A stretch of DNA of 64,000 bases from IMG/VR virus record IMGVR_UViG_3300044641_010298, positions 1-64,000 of that record; one strand, 5' to 3'. How positions within the stretch are numbered: the first letter of the stretch is position 1; each line of letters starts with the position of its first letter. The position numbers and the translations under genes are program-made. This document shows positions 56,423-64,000 of this stretch, piece after piece. Under the pieces are notes generated by a model. It was not told where the DNA came from and did not search any database. It saw only the letters and a program-made list of their open reading frames with translations. This stretch comes from a virus.

Positions 56423-57297
56423 TAAATCCACCTTTCTTTGGACACGACTGGGACATACTGCAAAAAATCAATCTGGCTATAGTCAAAAGACTTTAGTCTA
56501 AAATTGGTCCATGATCCCATATACGGTCTTTCAAAATCAACTATTCCAGCAAGAGCATCAATACCAGATCCTACATCATAGAATATAGCATTTTTGTATT
56601 TTTTAAGTCTGTGAAGAAGTCCAGATTTAACATGCCCAATTCCGACTAAAAATATGCGAGTCTCTTCTGATGAGTTCTCAAGCTGAGTTGCAACGCTTCG
56701 TTCAAGAGATTCAAGATCATCACACGCAAATTTCTGCGGGATCTTAATATAGTCATTAAAAGTCTCAAGACCAAGAAACTCTTGATATTCTACATTTTCC
56801 ATTAAACCCTGGATTAAGTCAATCTTTTTATCAGCTCCAATTATACCAATCTTTCCAGAAAAATTCTTTGTTAGCCATCTGCTAGAAACAAGACCGTATC
56901 CAAATTCAGCAGGAATATTGATTGGACGGTCAGGGTACAGATCTCTAAAAAGGTGAGTGTTATAAAGCTCAACAGCAATCAGATCGTTTTGCACAACACC
57001 ATTAATAAAATCATCGTGATTAAGCATCTGACTGTAATCTTTTCCAATAGATCTCTTTCCAGGAGTTGCACTTCCATATGGAATCTTTTTAAGAAAGTAA
57101 TAGTCGCCATCTCCAAACTTATAAATTGTGCAGCTATTTCCCGCAGAAGTCGCTTCAATTAACCACTTCTTGAATCCTTCTAATCCCTCCTGGAAGTTTG
57201 GACAAGCATCCGGATTTTGAAAAACTGGGTGTTGATCTAGATTTAGCGATCCTTCTATTTCATATTGTGGCAAAAAACCCGGATGCTTATCAAGCAA
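56422..57297 (-). CDS. GT-D fold (DUF1792-like) putative glycosyltransferase
   Basis: KFGDGD, LVGIG and DVGSGIDALAG resemble the RFGDGE and IDIGS motifs of GT-D proteins; TTG start after AGGAG. Confidence 0.55.
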   Translation of the reverse strand: MLDKHPGFLPQYEIEGSLNLDQHPVFQNPDACPNFQEGLEGFKKWLIEATSAGNSCTIYKFGDGDYYFLKKIPYGSATPGKRSIGKDYSQMLNHDDFINGVVQNDLIAVELYNTHLFRDLYPDRPINIPAEFGYGLVSSRWLTKNFSGKIGIIGADKKIDLIQGLMENVEYQEFLGLETFNDYIKIPQKFACDDLESLERSVATQLENSSEETRIFLVGIGHVKSGLLHRLKKYKNAIFYDVGSGIDALAGIVDFERPYMGSWTNFRLKSFDYSQIDFLQYVPVVSKERWI

Positions 57298-57345
57298 GAT
57301 TATCTCCTAGTTAGAAAACAATAATTTGTCTTTTCTAGATTTATA

Positions 57346-58440
57346 CTAGGGCCTGTATTGATTTACGACATCAGAAATATACCTTAGCTGATTCTCTTCT
57401 AGCCACCATCCAACTGGAATGTTGATCATTCTGCTGCAGAAATAGTCGCAGCCTGGCAGACTATCTGAAACATAGTCCGAAAAGACAGAATATCTGTCAT
57501 TTCTCACGTGAACAACATCTGATGCGATTCCCTTTTCAAGGAGATACTTTGAAAAATGAGAAGGAGAATCAACAACAAGCGTATAGATCCAGTATGCAGA
57601 TTCAGCATCCGGAGTCTGTCTTAGCTTTTTAACATAGACATTTTCTATTTCACGATCGTAGAACTTTCCATTTTTTATGTGCTTCTCAACAATTCCGTCA
57701 ATTTTTTCCATCTGAAGTAATCCAATTGAAGCATTGACATTATTCATGTGGAATTTGTATCCAGATCTCGTAATGTCCTGGGACCACTTCTGGCCTGTGA
57801 ACTTTCTATCAAGACCAAACCACTTTATCTTTCTGAGTGTTTCAATTTCTTCTTTTCCAAGATTTGTAGAAATTGCGCCCCCATCGACTGTGGTCAGGTG
57901 CTTGATTGCTTGAAAAGAGAAGCAAACATAATCAGAGTGACTTCCGATCTTTTGACCCTTGTATGAGGCACCTAGTGCATGTGCTGCATCTTCAATAACC
58001 CTGATTCCGTGATTCTTGGCAATTCTATTAATTTCATCAATTTCAAATGGTAATCCGCTCCAGTGAACACCTACGATTGCCTTTGTTTTCTTGGTGATCT
58101 TCTTTTCAACAGAAGCTGGATCAATATTTCCTGTTGTGGGATCAATATCTGCCCAGACAATTTTCGCCCTAGCATTGTGAATTGGTTCATTTGTTGCCAT
58201 GCATGTCATAGGTGTCGTAATAACTTCGTCTCCCGGACCGACTCCCGACATATCATAGGCAAGTGTGAGTGCGCTGGTGCAGCTATTGACAATGGCAACA
58301 TCTCTATTCTGGATGTATTCACCAAAACTTCTCTCAAATTGATCTGACTTTTCACCCTCGGTAATAAATCCTGAGTCGAAGACTTCTTGGATTGCTTGAC
58401 CAATGCCTACCGGTGTGTGTATCTTGAAGAGGGGAATCAC
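57346..58440 (-). CDS. DegT/DnrJ/EryC1/StrS PLP-dependent sugar aminotransferase
   Basis: NSCTSAL, GDEVIT, EDAAHALG, SFQAIKHLTTVDGG (PLP Lys). Confidence 0.93.
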   Translation of the reverse strand: MIPLFKIHTPVGIGQAIQEVFDSGFITEGEKSDQFERSFGEYIQNRDVAIVNSCTSALTLAYDMSGVGPGDEVITTPMTCMATNEPIHNARAKIVWADIDPTTGNIDPASVEKKITKKTKAIVGVHWSGLPFEIDEINRIAKNHGIRVIEDAAHALGASYKGQKIGSHSDYVCFSFQAIKHLTTVDGGAISTNLGKEEIETLRKIKWFGLDRKFTGQKWSQDITRSGYKFHMNNVNASIGLLQMEKIDGIVEKHIKNGKFYDREIENVYVKKLRQTPDAESAYWIYTLVVDSPSHFSKYLLEKGIASDVVHVRNDRYSVFSDYVSDSLPGCDYFCSRMINIPVGWWLEENQLRYISDVVNQYRP

Positions 58441-59390
58441 TTGGTTTTTCTCCTGTATTCGCTGATTATATTCTCAATTTCTTTGTCAAGGAATCTTGTT
58501 TGCTTCCATCCTAGATTCAAAACCTTGCTATTGTCGAGAGCGTATCTGACATCAGCACCCGATCTATCCATTACGTTTTTTGTAACATCTTTGTAGTCAA
58601 CTTTCATATTTTTACAAATTATCCTTACGACTTCTTCTACAGAATATTCTTCGTCAGAAGAAATGTGATAAGACTCATTTCTATTTCCTTCTTCGATTAT
58701 TCTAAAAATTGCGTCAACATTATCATCAACGTGAATCCAGTTTCTAATATGGGTGCCGCTTCCGTGAATTGGTATCTTGTTTCCATCAAGGATGCTCGTT
58801 ATAGATCTAGGAATTAATTTTTCTGAGTTTTGTCTTGGGCCGTAGTTGTTAGTAGTTCTTGTGATAATGTATGGAATTTTATAGGTTCTTCCCCACGCAG
58901 AAACAAGCTGTTCAGCGGCTGACTTTGTTGCAGAGTAGGGATTACTTGGTGTGTGCTTGTCAGACTCCCCAAAGAAACCATCTTCAATGTCTCCAAATAC
59001 CTCGTCTGTGCTGATTTGTACGAAAAGCGGGCACTCATATTCCCAGGCGGACATTACGCTTTTTATGTTCTTGTTCTTTATAATTTCAAGCAAATTATAG
59101 ACACCTAGCACGTTGGTTCTAACAAAATTGAAGCTGTCTTCTATTGAGTTATCAACATGTGATTCAGCAGCAAAATTTATTATTGCGTGACAGTGGGGAA
59201 GATCTTTGATTTGTGAAATATCCTCTTTTATGTGAACATAATTTCCCTTAAAATTCAGATCCTTATTAGCTGCATAAGTCTCGCAATCAATGTTGATGAT
59301 TGAATATCCCTTTTCAAGGGCTTTCTCGACAAAATGAGAGCCTATGAATCCTAAGCCTCCAGTAACTACAAAAGTCTTACTTCTGGACAT
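58437..59390 (-). CDS. rfbB: dTDP-glucose 4,6-dehydratase
   Basis: GGLGFIG, FAAESHVDNS, STDEVFG, PYSATKS, NNYGPRQ, RNWIHVDD; likely start MSRSKT at 59390. Confidence 0.92.
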   Translation of the reverse strand: MSRSKTFVVTGGLGFIGSHFVEKALEKGYSIINIDCETYAANKDLNFKGNYVHIKEDISQIKDLPHCHAIINFAAESHVDNSIEDSFNFVRTNVLGVYNLLEIIKNKNIKSVMSAWEYECPLFVQISTDEVFGDIEDGFFGESDKHTPSNPYSATKSAAEQLVSAWGRTYKIPYIITRTTNNYGPRQNSEKLIPRSITSILDGNKIPIHGSGTHIRNWIHVDDNVDAIFRIIEEGNRNESYHISSDEEYSVEEVVRIICKNMKVDYKDVTKNVMDRSGADVRYALDNSKVLNLGWKQTRFLDKEIENIISEYRRKTK

Positions 59391-59808
59391 TTTCAAAAAA
59401 GATCTCCCAATTTTCAAATTTCTCTGTGTCCTGATTTTCAGGATGCCATGCAATATTAGGCAGGTTTATTACAGTTGATATCTCTGATTCACTATTATTC
59501 ACAATTCTTATAGGCATTCCTGGCGGAATAAAGACTACTCGAATTTGATTTTCATCAACTCTTAGATTGACCTTTTTTACTTGACCATCCTCAAAATACT
59601 CAACAAAACTTTCTCCACCAATTGCAGTCAGATACCCAGATCTTTTCCTGTGAAGAATTGGCCCCTTTTTCATAAGGGGACCAATCGTTGTTGCGTAGAC
59701 CATTGCAGGTTGATATCCTGGAACAAGAGAATCCCAATCCCTGTATATTGGAATCATGAGACCCTCAGCCGTCTTGTTGATGAATATTTCCCTATAAGAG
59801 AGAGTCAT
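59377..59808 (-). CDS. RmlC/FdtA-like cupin (sugar epimerase/isomerase-like)
   Basis: KKGPILH...VFIPPG...VIN cupin pattern next to rfbB. Confidence 0.6.
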   Translation of the reverse strand: MTLSYREIFINKTAEGLMIPIYRDWDSLVPGYQPAMVYATTIGPLMKKGPILHRKRSGYLTAIGGESFVEYFEDGQVKKVNLRVDENQIRVVFIPPGMPIRIVNNSESEISTVINLPNIAWHPENQDTEKFENWEIFFENVQK

Positions 59809-60434
59809 TTATTTTCCTTTTTAATCTTATCAATAAAATCCGAGCTTATACAATCAGAAAAAATTGAAATTCCAGGAAATTTTTCATTTATTACAGTGTA
59901 ATTAAGCTTATCCCTAGTTGAGCAAATTGAAGCTCTTTTGTATTTTGTCATCCACTCAACATTGTCTCTCTCAGGAGTTCCGCCTTCAAAAATTACTGGG
60001 ATCCCACTTTTTATTTTTTCCTTGAATATTTCATGAATTTGATAAATCTTTTCTCCATCATTTGAAACATCAATGTGACAAAAATCAAAATTTAGATTGG
60101 ACCAATCTCCCTCAAATATGTTTCCCTTCTCAAGAGTCACAAAATCTGAAACGCCAAGATCATCTATCCTTTGCTGAACATCTGATCTTTTGCTGCTCTT
60201 ATAAGAGTAATCTTCCCACAAGTCAAAGCATGTAAGTGATCCATTTCCGAGTGTCTTCAAAGCAAGGCCCATGCAAATTGCAGAATATCCAAAAAGAGTC
60301 CCAAACTCAACAATTTTTAAGGGAGAAATTTCTAAAACTGTCTCATACAAAAAAATACCAAGACCATTCTTGGAATAAGAAGACTCAATTTCTAGCCTAT
60401 TTATAATTTCTCTTGCCTCATTCTCTCTTATCAT
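59805..60434 (-). CDS. Class I SAM-dependent O-methyltransferase
   Basis: IVEFGTLFGYS, FDLW, FDFCHID. Confidence 0.8.
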   Translation of the reverse strand: MIRENEAREIINRLEIESSYSKNGLGIFLYETVLEISPLKIVEFGTLFGYSAICMGLALKTLGNGSLTCFDLWEDYSYKSSKRSDVQQRIDDLGVSDFVTLEKGNIFEGDWSNLNFDFCHIDVSNDGEKIYQIHEIFKEKIKSGIPVIFEGGTPERDNVEWMTKYKRASICSTRDKLNYTVINEKFPGISIFSDCISSDFIDKIKKENK

Positions 60435-60455
60435 TAATTCCTCACGTTCTGGAAT

Positions 60456-61112
60456 CTAGTAATCTCTTGGATTTTCACCATGCGGATACCAAGTCAATCC
60501 CATCTCATCTCTAGTGTCAAATTGAATCTTCTCTTTTTGAAAAAAATTAAAAATTTGATCTTCAATTGAGATTGAATTCTTGACCATTTCAATTAAATTA
60601 ATTGATCTACAGTAGCTTAAAAGATCCTTAGAGCTTATACAAAAAAGACCTGTATTAAAATGTCGACCGTGCTCTCTGTTAATTGTGAATAGATTTCTTG
60701 GATTTGACAAAAAAGAATCAATAAAATTAAAGTTTCTTGTCTTCTGCCTCGGTTCGTGATGAATTATCCAGTCATATTCTTTTATTTCATTTTCAAGACA
60801 AAGCCACGTAAAAATCAGTCCAGCACCGTTATTTAATCCCCCAAATTGATTGTTTTTAGTTAAAAAAACTCTAGAATTTGAGGGAAATCTATCAACAATT
60901 CTTTGATCAATCTCGGAAAAACTAGAAGATGTATTATCAGATATGATGATGTCCACATTCTTGAATCTATCATGTCCGCTCAAGAATGTATCTAGCCCCG
61001 CCATATACTGGTTTACTCTATCCTCTCCTGTAAATCTTCCAGAACCATATCCGGTGCGAGGAGGCGGATTAAATGCACAGCTCAGGATGATTAAGCACCT
61101 GCTTTTTTCCAT
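60456..61112 (-). CDS. Hypothetical protein, possible GT-A-like glycan enzyme
   Basis: DRVNQY, IIISDNT, NNGAG; located inside the glycan island. Confidence 0.5.
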   Translation of the reverse strand: MEKSRCLIILSCAFNPPPRTGYGSGRFTGEDRVNQYMAGLDTFLSGHDRFKNVDIIISDNTSSSFSEIDQRIVDRFPSNSRVFLTKNNQFGGLNNGAGLIFTWLCLENEIKEYDWIIHHEPRQKTRNFNFIDSFLSNPRNLFTINREHGRHFNTGLFCISSKDLLSYCRSINLIEMVKNSISIEDQIFNFFQKEKIQFDTRDEMGLTWYPHGENPRDY

Positions 61113-61167
61113 GTGAAATCTCCAGTATTTGTCTCGTTTTATGTTTTCTGAAGTTTGCTAACTCGTC

Positions 61168-61869
61168 TTAGTTTCTCTGGTCTTCCACAAGGTTCTTTCT
61201 CATGAAGTAGATGTTTGTGTGCTCATAATCATCATCTTTGTTTTCTACTTTCAAAAAGTACAAAGAATTTTCTCGAATGAGTGCACGATAAGCAATAAAT
61301 CCTGATGTTTCAAGAAGCTGAAGCATATCAGAAATCTTTATTCCTCGCTCTTTCCAGCATCCTCCGTACTCGAATTGTCCGGCTAGTATTTTTTCGTGAT
61401 TAGCATATCTTCCAATGCTAGAAAAAGTCTCTAGCTCAAATCCCTCTGTATCAATCTTGAGATACCATGAGCTAGAAGGGGATTGATCAAATTCTGATTC
61501 ATCCAGTATGCTCTCAAGCCTTCTGAGGCTGACTTCGATCTTCTCTCTTTGATTCAGTATCTCTATCTCGTTAAATGCCTGTCTGTCATAGAGAGCTGAA
61601 CACTTGGGAAAATTAGGCGTCACAAACATATCAGACTTTTTTTCTTCTGTGGAGATTGCGCATTGAAATACTTTTGCGCTTGGGAATCTATTTCTAATGA
61701 TCTCAGCCTTTTCTGGTATCGGCTCGATCATGATTGCATTTTTTCTAGATCCCATCCCTAGAACAAAACTAACAAAGTCACCCTCGTGACTTCCTACGTC
61801 AATTATTCCAAAATCTTTTGGAAAAACTCGATCAATTATCGATTTTGCAATGATAAAATCTTCTTCCAC
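61168..61869 (-). CDS. FkbM-family methyltransferase
   Basis: IIDVGSHEG, IEP, LKIDTEGFE, QFEYG. Confidence 0.88.
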   Translation of the reverse strand: MEEDFIIAKSIIDRVFPKDFGIIDVGSHEGDFVSFVLGMGSRKNAIMIEPIPEKAEIIRNRFPSAKVFQCAISTEEKKSDMFVTPNFPKCSALYDRQAFNEIEILNQREKIEVSLRRLESILDESEFDQSPSSSWYLKIDTEGFELETFSSIGRYANHEKILAGQFEYGGCWKERGIKISDMLQLLETSGFIAYRALIRENSLYFLKVENKDDDYEHTNIYFMRKNLVEDQRN

Positions 61870-61882
61870 AGCAGCTCCCGTC

Positions 61883-62725
61883 TCAAATATACCCGAGAAT
61901 AATGTTCTCGTATTTCTTTGCAGCCTGCTCGAGAGTAAAACTCTCCTCTATGAATTCTCTTGGTAAGAAACTTGAAATTTTTTGAGAAAATTCATCAAAT
62001 CTATCAATATTAAAGGTGTCAAAGATCTCACCGCAGCGCTGGTCAAAATATGGAACGCTAGTTGAATCAGCAGGGTTATCCTTGTAGTGAAAATAGTCAA
62101 ACTTTGATTTATTCACAACATAGCAGGGCACACCCATTGAGAGTATCTGCATGTAAGCAATTCCTTGTGACTCAGTACCCGTCAAAAGAATGCAAGATCT
62201 AGCGCTTTCACAGGCAAGATATAGATCTTTCTCTTCGTATTTTCCATACTCTATGATCCTGTGAGGGACGGACCTGCTTCTGAGGTGATTGATGACAAAA
62301 TCAAGCTCTTCTCTCTGCCGACTCTTGAAATAGACTAAGACCTCTTTCTTTTGTTGATTTTTTGGGGACCAAAGATCAGTATCAATGCCTGCGGGCCACA
62401 CATCAATTGTGGATGATGACATCTCTGCGTATTTTTGGTACTTTTTCTTAACCCATTCGCTTGGGACAACATAGTGATCAAATTTTTTACAAATTTCTCC
62501 CCACTCACTTGGAAAGATGAATAAATTTGGTCCCATTATAGCATTTCTAGGAAGAGATCCCAGAGCTTGAGTGGGCTGTAAACATCCCTGGATAACATCG
62601 GATTGTATCCTGCTATTTCCATAGACAGACCATCCAATTCCAGCTAGGCCTCTTGCAAGACTTTCAACAACTCTTCCAGGTCCTCTTTGAGTCGAAGAAA
62701 AATGCAAGTTTATTTCTTTTTTCAA
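61883..62725 (-). CDS. GT-B-like glycosyltransferase
   Basis: GPN, VVPSEWV, WPAGIDT, TESQGIAYMQILSMGVP. Confidence 0.7.
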   Translation of the reverse strand: MKKEINLHFSSTQRGPGRVVESLARGLAGIGWSVYGNSRIQSDVIQGCLQPTQALGSLPRNAIMGPNLFIFPSEWGEICKKFDHYVVPSEWVKKKYQKYAEMSSSTIDVWPAGIDTDLWSPKNQQKKEVLVYFKSRQREELDFVINHLRSRSVPHRIIEYGKYEEKDLYLACESARSCILLTGTESQGIAYMQILSMGVPCYVVNKSKFDYFHYKDNPADSTSVPYFDQRCGEIFDTFNIDRFDEFSQKISSFLPREFIEESFTLEQAAKKYENIILGYI

Positions 62726-63525
62726 CTTCTTTCCAGAAGGCTTATAGAAGAAGGATAATGAGCAGAAGTATTGTTTATCTCAGAAAGCGACAAGAAGTCA
62801 ATCTTCTTTCCCTGATCCCAGATCTTTTTCAAATTTTCTGGTAATTCCTCGCCCGACTTGTTCTTGTACTCATCTTGGACACGATTGATGGGCAAGTTCA
62901 CTATGCAGGAAGATGCCATACAGACACATCCAAAGTTTTGAGACATCTGCTTGGCAATTTGCAACCTGTCCTCGAACTGATTTGGATTATTGAATTCAAT
63001 CATCTGAATCCATGATAGCATCTGATCTTTTCTAAAGACGTGTCCATCAACAGATATTGGGTAACTCCAGTCTCCAGATCCAGCGCGCCAGTCCCAAGCA
63101 AAAAATCCTCCCTGGATCATTCCGTCTGGGATTGGCTGCTTCTCTCCTGTTGGATAGCAATAGTTTAGATGCATACCCATTCTCATTGAGAATGTTAGAA
63201 TGCTGGGATTTGCATCCAAGATGCCGCACATTGTCAATATTGAGCATCTCTTCTTGAAGATGATATCATCAACAAAGAATGTGCAAAATCTGCTTGCCTC
63301 AGAAAAGCAAGACATGATATCTTGCTTAAAATTTCCCTGATTTACGAACCTAACATGTGGAAATTTTTTTCTTATCTCTTCGAGACCATCAACATAGAGA
63401 TCATCGTATTTGAAAATAACAGATATTGAGGAGTGATCCTTGATGTCAGAATAAAAATGAAGAGATTCTAACAATGCATAGAGCTGGAGGGGTCTATTCC
63501 TAGAAAATATTACAGTATCGATCAT
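62722..63525 (-). CDS. GT-A-like glycosyltransferase
   Basis: VIFSRNRPLQL, FFVDD (DxD-like), YPISVDGH. Confidence 0.65.
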   Translation of the reverse strand: MIDTVIFSRNRPLQLYALLESLHFYSDIKDHSSISVIFKYDDLYVDGLEEIRKKFPHVRFVNQGNFKQDIMSCFSEASRFCTFFVDDIIFKKRCSILTMCGILDANPSILTFSMRMGMHLNYCYPTGEKQPIPDGMIQGGFFAWDWRAGSGDWSYPISVDGHVFRKDQMLSWIQMIEFNNPNQFEDRLQIAKQMSQNFGCVCMASSCIVNLPINRVQDEYKNKSGEELPENLKKIWDQGKKIDFLSLSEINNTSAHYPSSISLLERS

Positions 63526-64000
63526 TTTACCACGCCCGTATAAAGATACAGGGATCTATAGAAGCTTGACAATGATAATGCAATTTTTGGATCATAGGCT
63601 GGACTGTGTTCGAACCTATAGGTTACAAGTCGCTCAGGAAGTATTTCAATTTTTGCAAACTTGATCGCTCTTAGCCAGAAATGATAATCCTCGCAGAAAG
63701 GAAAGCAATCTTCGTAGACCCCAATGTGATCAATCAGGGACCGCTTAAAGATCATGCTGGAATTTGCAAGGCAATTTCTTCCAGAAAGCATGCTGCTGAT
63801 TATTTCATTGTGTGTCAGAGGATGGAATATCTGATTTTCGTAGAGCGTTCCATCTTTATGTGTTGTCAATATCTGTGTACCAACAACATCTGCTCCATTT
63901 TCATCGATGCACTTGATCTGCTTTTCAATCTTTCCATCGTGCCAGATATCATCAGCATCCAAGAGGGCAACTAGATCACCCTTTGCAATAAAAAGACCCT
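63522..64000 (-). CDS. Glycosyltransferase family 2, 5'-partial
   Basis: Frame is open to the window edge: AKGDLVALLDADDIW...K, CEDYHFWLR. Confidence 0.88.
   Translation of the reverse strand, partial: GLFIAKGDLVALLDADDIWHDGKIEKQIKCIDENGADVVGTQILTTHKDGTLYENQIFHPLTHNEIISSMLSGRNCLANSSMIFKRSLIDHIGVYEDCFPFCEDYHFWLRAIKFAKIEILPERLVTYRFEHSPAYDPKIALSLSSFYRSLYLYTGVVK

Noticed and set aside
57312-57345. T4-type late promoter TATAAAT (57345-57339) and adjacent AT-rich hairpin
   Set aside because: Single 7/8 match in AT-rich DNA, not recurring before structural genes; the hairpin is weak and has no clear U-tract.
96-63974. Numerous plus-strand and alternate-frame ORFs in the track (e.g. 7844..8344, 46282..46782, 6321..6860)
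   Set aside because: They overlap well-supported minus-strand genes, have no recognisable motifs, and are expected shadows of codon bias.
1-64000. Stop-codon reassignment, as seen in some large phages
   Set aside because: Core genes are full length in the standard code, and TAA, TAG and TGA all end genes at tight junctions.
49670-64000. Bacterial O-antigen/capsule locus (host DNA or prophage flank)
   Set aside because: No wzx/wzy/wzm/wzt or priming transferase is seen. The genes overlap continuously with the phage late-sigma region on the same strand, and no integrase or att site is present.
1-64000. Giant eukaryotic virus origin (suggested by glycan genes and fused Mre11-Rad50)
   Set aside because: T4-type gp17/gp20/gp21/gp23/gp6/gp25, SD sequences, overlapping operons and sigma-type promoters indicate a tailed bacteriophage.

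Overview
The window is part of a large uncultured T4-like myovirus (Caudoviricetes) genome. It is very densely coding, in the standard genetic code, and essentially all real genes are on the minus strand. In transcription order (right to left) it has five blocks. (1) A ~14 kb glycan-biosynthesis island running off the right edge: GT2, GT4 and GT-D-like glycosyltransferases, three SAM methyltransferases, rfbB, a cupin, a DegT aminotransferase, gmd, fcl and ugd, with a Cas4-like nuclease embedded. (2) A gp55-like late sigma factor. (3) A ~26 kb baseplate/tail block (spike, gp25, gp6, LamG and FN3 proteins), several members of which carry many [ST]-[GA]-S tripeptides. (4) RuvC, primase and a single-chain Mre11-Rad50 (SbcD-SbcC) fusion. 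(5) The head module (terminase gp17, portal gp20, protease gp21, scaffold, major capsid gp23), followed by a terminator, two homing-endonuclease-like genes, a two-gene module carrying three nucleotidyltransferase folds (Pol-beta-like NTase; ligase-like fused to HIGH NTase) and two small paralogous genes, one behind a structured leader. The main leads are: a candidate phage-encoded virion O-glycosylation system with its own sequon; a late-expressed, possibly head-packaged nucleotidyl-transfer module sharing a short amphipathic tag with head proteins; an ATAnTTA late-promoter motif; and a candidate translational RNA switch at 166-230. All product calls come from motif recognition by eye, with no database search.
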